A DNA stretch of 64,000 nt from an uncultured Collinsella sp. (GCA_900548565.1 URKV01000001.1:4774-68773); one strand, 5' to 3'; positions 45,145 to 55,617 are shown, counted from the first letter of the stretch. The notes: generated by a model not told the origin, from the sequence alone. Program-made: numbers and translations.

Positions 45145-47334
45145 CTAGATTAATTTAGTACTCTCCAGCTTTTCGATGATCCAGTCGTTGGCTTTGATGA
45201 CCGGGCGGCGGAAGACGACGCCCAGTGCCAGCGATGGAATCAGATAGCTCGCCAGAATGCCTAGCTCAATCCAGTACTCCATGTGGTACGCACCGGCCAT
45301 GGCGGCATGCATGGCGTTGATGCCGTGGGTGAACGGCAGGAACGGATAGATCGCCTGGAACACGGGGCCGGTCATCTCGATGGGGAACGTGCCGCCCGAA
45401 CCGCCGACCTGCATGACCAGCAGCACGACGGCGAGCGCCTTGCCGATATCGCCAAACGAAACCGTAAGCGTGTAGACGATATTGGAGAACACGAGACTCG
45501 CGACCCAGCCCGCCAGCACAAACTGCAGCGGGTCGTCGCACTGGATGCCAAAGAACAGGATGTCGCCCGCACACACGAGCGTTGCCTGCAGCAGGGCCAG
45601 ACCGCCAAAGAACAGGTAGCGGCCCAGGTAGATCTCGTGCAGGCGCACGGGGATGAGCTCGTTGATAAGCTCATCGTCAACCGAGACCTTCATCATGGCC
45701 GCCAGCACAATCGAGCCCACCCAGAGCGACAGAATCGTGTAGAACGGTGCCATGGCCGAACCGTAGTTGCGGATCGGATAGACCGGCTTGCGGTCGAGCG
45801 CGACGGGGCCGGAAAGCGACACAGCCAGACCCTCGGGATCATTGCCGATCATCGTCTTGATCGTAGCGAGGTCATCCGACATCAAGGCGCCGTCGAGCTC
45901 GTCCTTAAACGCACTGATCTTGTCCGACGCCTCGCCCAGCTGATCAGAAGCCTTGTTGACCAGCTTTGCAGCCTTGGAGAGGCCCTTTGCCAGCGAACCG
46001 GATGCGTCGGTCAGGCCAGCAACAGCACTATCCAGATCGTTCGAAATACCGTTCAGCGAATCCAAAACGCCCGAGATGGTCTTCTTGAGCTCCTTTGCCT
46101 TGGCCGAAAACGTAGAGTCGTAGTCAGTCTTGGCGCCCGAGATACCAGCCTTGGCATCCGCGATTGCCTGATCGACCTCGGCACGCGACTTATTAACCTC
46201 TGCCATGCTGTCAGAGAGAGACTTCGCGGTGGCCGTCAAGTCCTTGGCGTTGTTGCGATACTCCACAGCAATCCTGCTCAGCGATGTTGCCACAGACTTG
46301 AGGCTGTCCTGGAGTTTTTCGTCAGTCACCTGATCGGCAAAGCTGCGGAGCTGGTCGGCCGTGGCGTCGATATCGTCGGCACGCGTGTTGAGCGCCGCCG
46401 CGGCATCGTTGAGCTGGGACACTGTAAGGTCGACATGTTGATTCGCGGCATCAAATGCCTTCGCAAGCTCGGCGGACACGTTGTCAAACGAGCCCGCGCT
46501 TCCGTCAATCGCGGCATTGATGGCGTCGTTGGCGTCCTTCAGCGCTTCCTTGGAATCGCTAATACCGCTCTTGACATGCTCCATCAGCTGCTTCGTTGAC
46601 TCATCAACCGTGCCCGTCTGCTTGAGCATGCCGCTCGCCGACGTCAGCGAATCGGACGTGGAGCTCAAAATGCCCGCAAGCGACGTTGCGCTGGCCTGAA
46701 CGTCCTGCAGGTCCTGGACCGAATCGCCGAGCGTCGAGGACAGGTTGGCGATAAAGTTGCTGACCTGGTCGGTGCTCATGTAATCGAGCAGGCTGGACAC
46801 CGTCTTAAGACCGATGCTCGTAATGGTCTCGGTAAAAGTTTTGTTAACCTGGCTCTGGACGGCGCTCGAACCCTTCTCGGTCACGATCTGCGCAATGGCG
46901 TTGGCCTTCTGATTCTCGTAGAACTCGATATCGGCATGCTTCACGTCGGTCGAGAAAAGCGTCATCATGTCAGCGCTAAACGTTTTGGGGATAACGACGG
47001 CAGCATAGTACGCGCCCGACTTAACGCCCTCGATAGCCTTTTCGCGATTGTTGAGCACAACCCAATCGAAGCTCTCGTTGCCGCGTAGGGTGGCGGTCAC
47101 GTTTTCGCCCACGTTAACCTCGACGGGGATCAAATCGCTCTCGTAACCCTCATCGGTGTTGACCACGGCGATCTTAAGATTGCCGGTGTTGCCGTACGGA
47201 TCCCAGCTGCCGGCGATGTTAAACCACGCGTACAGACACGGTACGATAATGAGGCCCATCACGACAACCAAGCCGATCACGGAGCGAGACACGTTTTGGA
47301 CATCGCGCTTAAACAGATGCAGGATGTTCTTCAT
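45145..47334 (-). CDS. YhgE/Pip family membrane protein (second of pair)
   Basis: PCLYAWFNIAGSWDPY, YYAAVVIP, NQKANAIA, coiled coil, YGSAMAPFY, GSGGTFPIE. Confidence 0.92.
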   Translation of the reverse strand: MKNILHLFKRDVQNVSRSVIGLVVVMGLIIVPCLYAWFNIAGSWDPYGNTGNLKIAVVNTDEGYESDLIPVEVNVGENVTATLRGNESFDWVVLNNREKAIEGVKSGAYYAAVVIPKTFSADMMTLFSTDVKHADIEFYENQKANAIAQIVTEKGSSAVQSQVNKTFTETITSIGLKTVSSLLDYMSTDQVSNFIANLSSTLGDSVQDLQDVQASATSLAGILSSTSDSLTSASGMLKQTGTVDESTKQLMEHVKSGISDSKEALKDANDAINAAIDGSAGSFDNVSAELAKAFDAANQHVDLTVSQLNDAAAALNTRADDIDATADQLRSFADQVTDEKLQDSLKSVATSLSRIAVEYRNNAKDLTATAKSLSDSMAEVNKSRAEVDQAIADAKAGISGAKTDYDSTFSAKAKELKKTISGVLDSLNGISNDLDSAVAGLTDASGSLAKGLSKAAKLVNKASDQLGEASDKISAFKDELDGALMSDDLATIKTMIGNDPEGLAVSLSGPVALDRKPVYPIRNYGSAMAPFYTILSLWVGSIVLAAMMKVSVDDELINELIPVRLHEIYLGRYLFFGGLALLQATLVCAGDILFFGIQCDDPLQFVLAGWVASLVFSNIVYTLTVSFGDIGKALAVVLLVMQVGGSGGTFPIEMTGPVFQAIYPFLPFTHGINAMHAAMAGAYHMEYWIELGILASYLIPSLALGVVFRRPVIKANDWIIEKLESTKLI

Positions 47335-50184
47335 TTATGCCTCACCTCCTTTGGAGTGCTTGCCAAGCGCGGTGGTATCTCCATCATTTGTGGCTGTGCT
47401 GTCGCTGCCCTGAGATTTATGGTGCGAGCCGATATGCGGCAAGCGGCCCGTGGACTGATCGCCGCCCTTGGCACCACGCTCGCTGGCGTTGAGGCCAAAC
47501 ATGTGGCGGGCGGCAGGAATGGCGGCCGTGTGTTCGCGCATCTCGCGACGCAGGTCCTCATCCGAAAGCGCCGAGATGCGCATCTGGGTATTGAGGCTCG
47601 CTCGGATATATTCGATATTGATAAGCCAGCCGCAGATGGCAATAACCGAGATGATCCAAATGACAAGTAGGATGATCTTGCCGTTATTGTCGATATCGAG
47701 AACCGTCGACAGGACAAAGAGCAGGACCTGAACGCCCACCACGGCGGCAAAACCGCCCTTGATGTAGTACGGGTAGCGATGTTCAAAGGCGACCGCATGA
47801 TCGAGCAGTTCGCGACGGTACGAATCGGAATCGAGCATGACGCGCATGGCCGTGCGCAGCGAGTAGCGCTGGCGCGGCAGGTCGTTGGACTCGCAAATCA
47901 TCATACCGGTCGTGGAGAGCTGTTTATCAAAGAGCAGGTTAAGGTTGAGCAGCAGCGGACGCAGCTGCAGGCCGATAAAGAGCGCCACGATCAAGAACAC
48001 GCCCAGAATGCACAGGTTAAACAGGTAGTTGAACGAATACATGCCGCCGACCGTCTCGCGCAGCAGATTGATGCCGTAGGTAAAGGGCAGCAGCGGGTGC
48101 AGCCACTGGAAGAAGCCGGGCATCATCTCGATGGGGTACATGCCCGACGAACCCGGGATCTGCACGATGACGAGAATGACGCCGATAGCCTTGCCGATAT
48201 GCTTAAACGTGGTGGACAGCGCATAGATGATATTGACGTAGGTGAACGAAATGGCGATGCCGCCCAGCACGAACAGCAGCGGGCTGACGCACTGCACGCC
48301 AATCACCAGATCGCCTACCGTAACGATGATGGCCTGCAACGCGCCCAGGATCACCATGAGCAACCAGCGGCCAAAGTAGCCTTGGCGCGCCGTAAAGCTG
48401 CCAACACCTTCACGGTCGACCTCGAGCTTGTAAATGGCGATGAGCACATAGCCGCCCACCCAAAGCGCCAGATTGGTGTAGAAGGGAGCGATGCCCGAGC
48501 CAAAGCTCTTGACCGGATAGATTGACTTGGACGTCAACTCAACCGGAGACGCCATGAAATCTGCCACGTCATTGACATCGACGCCCATCAGATCGGCCAG
48601 CTCGCCCATGGACTCGGAGGTCTGCAGCGCCGCGATGTCATTGGCGGCGGTTGCAAGCTTGTCCTGGACCTTGGCAAGCGAGGAATCGGTCTGGGACAGC
48701 GTGGTCTTGGCCTGGCCGAGCGTAGCGCTAAGCTGCGCCAACGTGCCGCGCGCATTTGCAAGTGTAGGTGTCATACCCGAGACGATACCGGTCAGGTCGC
48801 CCGAAACGGCAGCAAAAGAGTCGAGCGCGCTCGAGGCCTTCGGCAGCGCGTTTTGGCCCAAGTCCGTCTGGGCTTGGCCAAGGTTGGTCGCACCGGTATG
48901 AATTGCGTTATTGATAGCGTCACTGGCACCCGAAACAGCCGCTGCGTCATTCGCCATGGCGCTCGACTGCGCGGACAGACCGTCCTTGATGCTCTGAAGC
49001 TTTTCATTCTGCTCTCGAAGCAAATCGATGGTCGATACAATGCGCGCGTCAATTTCCTCGGAACCTGTCGACGTGTCATTGGCGAGAATCTCCAAGTGCC
49101 CGATAACGGCCTTATTGTGGTCGATCGTCGCTTGAAGAGACTCGAGCGAGTTGTCGATACGGGTGGTCGTAGATGTGACCGCGCCCGTCAGCTTGCCGAT
49201 GGCAGCGTTCGCAGAGGCCGACGTCTTGGTGAGCGCAAGGCTGCCTTCCGAGAGCGCCTTGGAGAGCGAGGTGATGGAGTTGCCCGCCGTGGTGCGAGCT
49301 TCGCTCAGCAGGTCGTTGCCCTGGGAGATCGCCTGCGTCAGCGACGGTGCCTGGCCTTGCAAGCCGGCAAGTGCCGCATCAGCCGAGGCGATAGCGCCAC
49401 TCGTCTTATCGATGGCGGCATTCATATCGCCAATCGAATCGCGCACCTCGCCCAAGGTGTCGGACGCCTCGGACACCGAACTTGCCAGCGAGTCCTGAGT
49501 CTGGGTTGCCTTGTCCTTTAAATCGACACCGGCATCCTTGGCGATACCGGCAACAGTCTTGCCTACCGTAGAGACAAATTCCGAGTTGATCTGCTCCTCG
49601 ATGGTGTTTGCACCGGTATCGGTAACCTTGGGCGCAATGGCGCTCTTCTTCTCATTGACGTAGTACGTGAGCTTGGGCTGATGGTAGTTGCCGTCGAGCA
49701 TCGAAACCAGGTTATCCGAGAAGTTCTTGGGAATCACGATAGCGGCATAGTACTCGCCGCTCTCGACGCCCTCCTTGGCATCGGCCGTCGAGTCGACGAA
49801 CGTCCAGCCCAACTGATGATTCTCCTTGAGCTGGTCGACCACTTTGTCGCCAGCGTTGAGCTCACCCACCAAGTCGTTTTGGGTGCCTCGATCGTTGTTG
49901 GCGATAGCAATCTTGATGCCTTGGGTGTTTCCATACGGATCCCAGTTTGCCACGATGTTATACCAGGCATACAGCGAGGGAATAACGCACACGCCTAGGG
50001 TAACCACCAGGGCGACGGGGTTCACAAGCAGTCGCTTAATGTCGCGCTTAAATATCGCAAAGGACACCTTTGCATTGGATAGTTTGCTGCCGAGACTCAC
50101 GCTTGGACCATCCATCCTGTCGTTAAATCGAATCGTACTATCGACAACCATTGTACGTAGGCGCTTTAGCGTCTCAGAGCACAA
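47335..50184 (-). CDS. YhgE/Pip family membrane protein (first of pair; true start probably downstream, e.g. 50115)
   Basis: IFKRD, PSLYAWYN..NWDPY, NEKKSAIAPKVT, FGSGIAPFY, GSSGMYPIE; stop abuts the next ATG. Confidence 0.9.
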   Translation of the reverse strand: MCSETLKRLRTMVVDSTIRFNDRMDGPSVSLGSKLSNAKVSFAIFKRDIKRLLVNPVALVVTLGVCVIPSLYAWYNIVANWDPYGNTQGIKIAIANNDRGTQNDLVGELNAGDKVVDQLKENHQLGWTFVDSTADAKEGVESGEYYAAIVIPKNFSDNLVSMLDGNYHQPKLTYYVNEKKSAIAPKVTDTGANTIEEQINSEFVSTVGKTVAGIAKDAGVDLKDKATQTQDSLASSVSEASDTLGEVRDSIGDMNAAIDKTSGAIASADAALAGLQGQAPSLTQAISQGNDLLSEARTTAGNSITSLSKALSEGSLALTKTSASANAAIGKLTGAVTSTTTRIDNSLESLQATIDHNKAVIGHLEILANDTSTGSEEIDARIVSTIDLLREQNEKLQSIKDGLSAQSSAMANDAAAVSGASDAINNAIHTGATNLGQAQTDLGQNALPKASSALDSFAAVSGDLTGIVSGMTPTLANARGTLAQLSATLGQAKTTLSQTDSSLAKVQDKLATAANDIAALQTSESMGELADLMGVDVNDVADFMASPVELTSKSIYPVKSFGSGIAPFYTNLALWVGGYVLIAIYKLEVDREGVGSFTARQGYFGRWLLMVILGALQAIIVTVGDLVIGVQCVSPLLFVLGGIAISFTYVNIIYALSTTFKHIGKAIGVILVIVQIPGSSGMYPIEMMPGFFQWLHPLLPFTYGINLLRETVGGMYSFNYLFNLCILGVFLIVALFIGLQLRPLLLNLNLLFDKQLSTTGMMICESNDLPRQRYSLRTAMRVMLDSDSYRRELLDHAVAFEHRYPYYIKGGFAAVVGVQVLLFVLSTVLDIDNNGKIILLVIWIISVIAICGWLINIEYIRASLNTQMRISALSDEDLRREMREHTAAIPAARHMFGLNASERGAKGGDQSTGRLPHIGSHHKSQGSDSTATNDGDTTALGKHSKGGEA

Positions 50185-50371
50185 TGGTATTGAGTTTTGC
50201 GGGTAGCAATATACTACGAAGATGAGTTAACGTACAGTTGTACAGTATCCTAAATTTCAGCAGGTCACAAAACCACAACCCGCACAAATTAGCAATTCAA
50301 ATAGTCATCGGGGACGTTCTTAAATGACTAGTCAAACAAGAACGTCCCCAATGACTACTTAGGACCACGGC

Positions 50372-50539
50372 AACGTCGATGTTTTGGCAATGCCAGCGAG
50401 CGGGCGCCAGAGCGAACAAATTGGCATGAAAAGAGGACGGCATAGACCTTCTGGTCATGCCGTCCTCTTTGAATGACAAGTTGTCGCTCTGGCGCCCGCG
50501 CAGCGTCGACTGGTCCGCCGTTCGTTAGAACGGCGGAAC
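50372..50539 (+). repeat. 168-bp element, right copy
   Basis: Matches the reverse complement of 44965-45132 in three blocks at equal spacing. Confidence 0.75.
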
Positions 50540-50592
50540 TGAGGGCAGCGTCGAGCCGTTACGCGGTTTGGTAAAACCGCGTAAATACCTAA

Positions 50593-52617
50593 CTACATCA
50601 AGTTGCAAACAGCCGCCGCGAAGGCAACGGGGTCCTCGGGGAGGATGCCCTCGACCAGCAAAGCCTGGTCATAGAGCAGACCGGAGTACTGCTTGATCTT
50701 GTCGGCGTCGCCTGCCTTCTGGGCAGCGACAAGCTTGTCAAAGACCGGGTGCTTGGCGTTGAGCTCGAGCACGCGCTGGCTCTTGGGCATGCCGTCGGGC
50801 GCGCCCTCGGGTCCCTTCTGGAGTACCTTCTCCATCTCGAGCGAAAGCGGGCCCTCGGTGGTGATGCAAGCGGGGGCATCGGTCAGGCGCGCGGAAACGG
50901 CAACTTTCTCGACCTTGTCACCGAGTGCCTCCTTCATAGCGCTGAAGAGGTCCTCGTTCTCCTTGGTGGCGTCCTCGGCCTCCTTCTTCTCGTCCTCGGT
51001 CGCCAGGTCAAGATCACCGGTCGCGACGTTCTTGAGCTCCAGATGACGATCCTCGACCTCGGGCTCGGCACCGTCGGCCACAGCCTTTTCGGCAGCCTCG
51101 CGAGCTGCGTCGTCCTCGTAGATCTTGGGCATATCGGCGGCAACGTACTCACGCATAGCCTGGAACGTGAACTCATCCACATCCTGCGTCAGCAGCAGCA
51201 CGTCATAGCCGCGGTCGAGCACGCCCTTTACCACGGGCATCTTGGCCAAGCGCTCGCGCGAATCGCCGGCGGCGTAGTAGATGGCCTTCTGATCCTCGGG
51301 CATGCCCTTGGCATACTCGGCCAGGGTAATCATCTTCTGTTCCTTGGCAGACCAGAACAGCAACAGGTCGGCGAGCTCATCGGCCTTCATGCCATAGCTC
51401 GAGTAGATGCCGTACTTAAGGCCGCGGCCAAAGTTCTCAAAGAACTTCTCGTAGGCCTCGCGGTCGTTGTCACGCATATCCTCAAGGTCAGTGGTGATCT
51501 TCTTTTCCACACGCTTGGCGATGGCCTTGAGCTGACGGTTCTGCTGCAGCGTCTCACGCGAGATGTTGAGCGACACGTCGGCGGAATCCACGACGCCGCG
51601 GACAAAGTTGTAGTAGTCGGGCAGCAGGTCGTCGCACTTCTCCATGATCAGGACGTTGGAGCTGTAGAGCGCCAGGCCCTTCTCGTAGTCCTTGCTGTAC
51701 AGATCGAACGGCGCGCGTCCCGGCACAAACAGCAGGGCGTCATACTCGAGCGTGCCCTCGGCGTGGAAGCTGATGGTGCGCGCAGGATCGTCAAAGTCGT
51801 GGAACGTAGACTTGTAGAACTCGTTGTAATCCTTCTGCTCAACGTCGAAGCTGCGCTTTTTCCAGATCGGCGTCATGGAGTTGACGGTCTCGAGCTCCTG
51901 ATAGTCCTCGTACTCGGGCTTGTAATCGTCGCCGGCGTCCTCGGGCTTGGGTTTCTGGCGGCTCTTGGACACCATCATCTGAATCGGGTAGCGCACATAG
52001 TTGCTGTACTGCTGAATCAGGCTCTTGAGACCCCACTCGGTCAGGAAGCGATCGTAGGACTCGGCCTCGCCGTCGGCATCGAGCTTCTCGTTCTCGCGCA
52101 GCGTCAGGATGACATCGGTACCGTGCTCGGCGCGCTCGCCGTCCTCGATGGTGTAGCCCTCAAGACCGTCGGATTCCCACACATGGGCGACATCCTCGCC
52201 ATAAGCGCGGCTGACGACCTTCACATGGCTGGCGACCATAAAAGCCGAGTAGAAGCCCACGCCAAACTGACCGATGATGTCGACATCGGAGCCCTGCTGC
52301 TCGGCGTTCTCGGTCTTAAACTCCTCGGAGCCGGAATGGGCGATGGTGCCCAGATTGCGCTCGAGCTCCTCGGCGGTCATGCCAATGCCGTTATCCGAGA
52401 TGGTAATGGTGCGGGCGTCTTTATCAAAGGAGACGCGAATGGCCAGGTCGCCCTGGTCGATCTTGACGCTCGGGTCCTGCAGGCTCTTAAAGTTGAGCTT
52501 GTCGACGGCGTCGCTCGCGTTAGAGATAAGCTCGCGCAGGAAGATTTCCTTATTGGTGTAGATGGAGTTGATCATGAGGTCGAGCAGTTTTTTGCTCTCG
52601 GTCTTAAATTGACGCAT
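50593..52617 (-). CDS. htpG: Molecular chaperone HtpG (Hsp90)
   Basis: NKEIFLRELISNASDA, DNGIGM, IGQFGVGFYS, LNISRETLQ, LELNAKHP. Confidence 0.97.
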   Translation of the reverse strand: MRQFKTESKKLLDLMINSIYTNKEIFLRELISNASDAVDKLNFKSLQDPSVKIDQGDLAIRVSFDKDARTITISDNGIGMTAEELERNLGTIAHSGSEEFKTENAEQQGSDVDIIGQFGVGFYSAFMVASHVKVVSRAYGEDVAHVWESDGLEGYTIEDGERAEHGTDVILTLRENEKLDADGEAESYDRFLTEWGLKSLIQQYSNYVRYPIQMMVSKSRQKPKPEDAGDDYKPEYEDYQELETVNSMTPIWKKRSFDVEQKDYNEFYKSTFHDFDDPARTISFHAEGTLEYDALLFVPGRAPFDLYSKDYEKGLALYSSNVLIMEKCDDLLPDYYNFVRGVVDSADVSLNISRETLQQNRQLKAIAKRVEKKITTDLEDMRDNDREAYEKFFENFGRGLKYGIYSSYGMKADELADLLLFWSAKEQKMITLAEYAKGMPEDQKAIYYAAGDSRERLAKMPVVKGVLDRGYDVLLLTQDVDEFTFQAMREYVAADMPKIYEDDAAREAAEKAVADGAEPEVEDRHLELKNVATGDLDLATEDEKKEAEDATKENEDLFSAMKEALGDKVEKVAVSARLTDAPACITTEGPLSLEMEKVLQKGPEGAPDGMPKSQRVLELNAKHPVFDKLVAAQKAGDADKIKQYSGLLYDQALLVEGILPEDPVAFAAAVCNLM

Positions 52618-52817
52618 GTGCAGTCCTTTCGCGCTACCCCCGTCCGCAAAAACGGCCCGGTCGCCCGAGCCGCATCGCAGACCTGCTATGTTCAGACTTA
52701 GATTTTATAACCCATTAGCGCGCATATATACATACGGAATCGAAAAACTGTATGTTGAAACGACCGTGCGGCGGATGCCGAGGAGTGTCCCCAACTGCCG
52801 GCAGAAAAGGAACGTCC

Positions 52818-53318
52818 CTATCTGCCATCTACGCGCTTGGCCATCCAGGCGTGGGGCTGGCCTTCGTCTTCGTAATCTACCGGGGCAATTTGCGTGTAGC
52901 CCGCCTTTACATAGAGCGGCAGCACGTATTCCTGCGCATGCAGCTTAATAAGCTTGGCGCCGGCATCACGCGCGGCGGCATCACTGGCCTCGACAATCTT
53001 GCTCGCCAAACCGCGACGGCGCATGCTCGGCAGCACAGCCACGCGCCCCATAATGTAGGTCTCCCCCGCCGCAACGCCTTCGTCCATGTCGCATGCCGGC
53101 AACACCGGGGCCTCTGCGTCAGCCACGCGCTCAAGCTCTTCGGGAAACACGCGCGAGCAACCGGCAAGCTCGTCGTCTACATAGAGCGTCACATGAATGC
53201 AGTTCGGATCCTCGTCGATAGCGTCGAACTCATTCTCGTAGCCCTGCTCGTCCATAAAAACGACGCGGCGCACCAACGCCGCGTCATCAAAGCATCCCGT
53301 CTTAAGTTGAATATCCAT
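52818..53318 (-). CDS. GNAT N-acetyltransferase (ElaA/YjcF-like)
   Basis: RRVVFMDEQG, GRVAVL..RRRGLA, LHAQ, YVKAGY. Confidence 0.88.
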   Translation of the reverse strand: MDIQLKTGCFDDAALVRRVVFMDEQGYENEFDAIDEDPNCIHVTLYVDDELAGCSRVFPEELERVADAEAPVLPACDMDEGVAAGETYIMGRVAVLPSMRRRGLASKIVEASDAAARDAGAKLIKLHAQEYVLPLYVKAGYTQIAPVDYEDEGQPHAWMAKRVDGR

Positions 53319-53357
53319 GGCTGCCCCTTCATTCAATGCGAACGTTAGGGACAGATT

Positions 53358-54008
53358 TTAGCGAAAATGGGCTCCGCGCACGCTAAACTTCGCGCGAGCC
53401 TTCGCTAGGCAATCGTAATGACCCACGTTATGGGCATCGCTCGCGATGAAGCTGTACAGGTTCTGATCGAACAGGCGCTGTGCCGGCTTTTTCTCGCGAC
53501 CAAAGCGACCGCCGGCAATAAAGTCCGCCGAAGCCTGCAGCTTGCAGCCCATATCGACCAGGCGCTCTGCAACGCTTACATCCTTTTGAACCGCACGATA
53601 GCGCTCAGGATGAGCGATGATCACCTGGTAGCCACGGCACTGCAAATCGTAAATCGTGTTCTCGTACTCTCTAAACGCATACGCATCGGCATGCGTCGAA
53701 AGCTCGAGCAGAAACTCGTTGGTTCCATCGAAATGCAAGTGCTCCGCGGCATCGATACCAAGCTCAACGAGCTTTCGGTGGTTGACCTCGAAGCCCATCT
53801 GGAGCGGAAAACCGTCAGCGTTATCACGCAGCAGCTCAAAGGCATCCCACATCTTGTCGTAATCAAAATAGGGATCACGGCAGTGAGGAGTGCAAACGAT
53901 TCTGGTTACACCGGCCCGCTTGGCAGCCTCGAGCATCGCCAAGCTCTCATCGAGATCGGCGGCGCCGTCGTCTACACCCGGCAAGATATGGCAATGAATG
54001 TCACGCAT
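53358..54008 (-). CDS. CpsB/CapC-type PHP tyrosine-protein phosphatase
   Basis: DIHCHILPGVDDGA, TPH, IAHPERY, ASDAH. Confidence 0.92.
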   Translation of the reverse strand: MRDIHCHILPGVDDGAADLDESLAMLEAAKRAGVTRIVCTPHCRDPYFDYDKMWDAFELLRDNADGFPLQMGFEVNHRKLVELGIDAAEHLHFDGTNEFLLELSTHADAYAFREYENTIYDLQCRGYQVIIAHPERYRAVQKDVSVAERLVDMGCKLQASADFIAGGRFGREKKPAQRLFDQNLYSFIASDAHNVGHYDCLAKARAKFSVRGAHFR

Positions 54009-54025
54009 AGGTCAGCCTTAATCAA

Positions 54026-54763
54026 CTAAACGTTTGCTCGGTTGGTGAAGATGCCCTTTTTGGAAGTGCCCTGATCGTCGGAGCCCTTCTTAACCTTCTT
54101 ACCGTCCTTGGTGTAGTAAGAATAGTAGTACTCGCTGGTCTCGGTCTCACAGTAATTCATGACGGTACCGATGAGCTTGACCTTCTCGGACTTCTTAAGC
54201 TGGGCGATAGCGTTGAGCGCCTCTTCGCGCTTGGTAAAGTCCTCTCGCACCACGAACAGCGCGCCGTCGGTCAAGCTGGCAATCTCGGCAGCATCGATGA
54301 AGGTGCCGACCGGAGGAGCATCGAAGATGACGTACTGGAACTTGGCGGACAGTGCCTTTACCAGCTTGGCAAAGCGATGGGAGACGATGATGTCGGCAGG
54401 ATTGGGAATGTGCGGCTCGGCATCGAGGAAGTAGAAGTTCTTCTGACCCGTCTCGACAATTGCCTGGTCAATGGAAATCTGCTCGGAAAGGACCGCATAG
54501 AGTCCGCCGCGCGAACGAACGCCGAGCATATCGGAAAGGGACCTGCGGCGCATATCGGCCTCGACCAGGAGCACGGACTTGCCGCTCGTGGCGATTGCCT
54601 GAGCAAGGTTAATGGAAACCGTAGACTTGCCCTCGTTGGGAATCGAGGAGGTAACGGTGATGGTGCGAATGGGGTCGTCCACGCTCGCAAAGCGGATGTT
54701 GGCCAGAAGGGTCTTGGCGGCATTCTGTACAACGAGCTTATCGGTGTTCTTTGCCTTAGCCAT
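54026..54763 (-). CDS. CpsD/CapB (Wze) BY-kinase catalytic subunit
   Basis: Walker A TSSIPNEGKST, ADMRR, IFDAPP, C-terminal Tyr cluster EYYYSYY. Confidence 0.92.
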   Translation of the reverse strand: MAKAKNTDKLVVQNAAKTLLANIRFASVDDPIRTITVTSSIPNEGKSTVSINLAQAIATSGKSVLLVEADMRRRSLSDMLGVRSRGGLYAVLSEQISIDQAIVETGQKNFYFLDAEPHIPNPADIIVSHRFAKLVKALSAKFQYVIFDAPPVGTFIDAAEIASLTDGALFVVREDFTKREEALNAIAQLKKSEKVKLIGTVMNYCETETSEYYYSYYTKDGKKVKKGSDDQGTSKKGIFTNRANV

Positions 54764-54765
54764 GC

Positions 54766-55422
54766 CTATTTACCACCTTTCATAGCCGGAATTCGGCCAA
54801 CAACGGGAATACCCAGGAGCTCTTCTGCCTCTTCGGCACCGCGGATGCGGGTATTGAGCATGTCTGCCAAAACGACATAGGCAACTGCGATAAAGATACC
54901 GGCGAGGAACGCGACGGCAATATACAGCGTGCGCTTGGGGCCGCTGGGGGCTTCGGGGGTCTTAGCCTCGTCGATAACGTTGATGCTCTGGGCAGCGCCG
55001 ACGTTCTGAGCGACCGTACTCACCGAGCTGGCAATGGCCTTTGCGACCTCAGCCGTCTCCTTGGCATCGGTGCCGGTAACCGAAAGCGTAATGACACGCG
55101 TGGTGGTCTCGGAGGAAACAGACACCTTGTAGTCATCCAAATCGGTGAGGCCCAGTTCTTTGGCGGCGCCGCTCTTAACGCTATCGCTATCCAGCAGCGT
55201 GGCGATATCGTTGGAAAGCATCTGGCTCGCCGAGAGATCGTTGTAGCTCATCTGACCGCTATCGTCGGTCTTGGCGAGAATGTACATGCTCGTCGTCGCG
55301 GTATAGGTGTTGTCCATCGCAACGAAGGACACGATGCCCATGGCGATCGCGCAGACCACCGGAAGGGTGATGACCAGCTTGAGGTGCTTCTTCAGCAGCT
55401 GGAACAGTTCGAGAAGGGTCAT
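54766..55422 (-). CDS. CpsC/CapA (Wzd/YveK) BY-kinase transmembrane modulator
   Basis: Two TM helices, YTATTSMY, P..PSGP, LGIPVVGRIP. Confidence 0.9.
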   Translation of the reverse strand: MTLLELFQLLKKHLKLVITLPVVCAIAMGIVSFVAMDNTYTATTSMYILAKTDDSGQMSYNDLSASQMLSNDIATLLDSDSVKSGAAKELGLTDLDDYKVSVSSETTTRVITLSVTGTDAKETAEVAKAIASSVSTVAQNVGAAQSINVIDEAKTPEAPSGPKRTLYIAVAFLAGIFIAVAYVVLADMLNTRIRGAEEAEELLGIPVVGRIPAMKGGK

Positions 55423-55617
55423 GCAGCTTGCCTTTCATTTCCCCAGTTCGGATTGACAAAACTGTCCGTATGTTATCGCATCTTTTTACCGAGACCAAAC
55501 TCTATACATAAGAAACAGGCTCTCCTGTAAAAATGTCGGAAGCAATCGTAAAATTGCACAACAACGCCGCACCCGAAAGTCAAATGCGGCGTCTACATCA
55601 ATATCTGTGTTGTATCG

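Noticed and set aside
389..52701. Many long antisense or alternate-frame ORFs (e.g. 389-1618, 8206-10017, 16517-18601, 30804-33020, 39652-41811, 50749-52701)
   Set aside because: They shadow well-supported genes on the opposite strand, have no recognisable motifs, and are expected in high-GC DNA
52618..52800. CIRCE or HAIR heat-shock operator upstream of htpG
   Set aside because: No adequate match to TTAGCACTC-N9-GAGTGCTAA or CTTGAGT-N7-ACTCAAG
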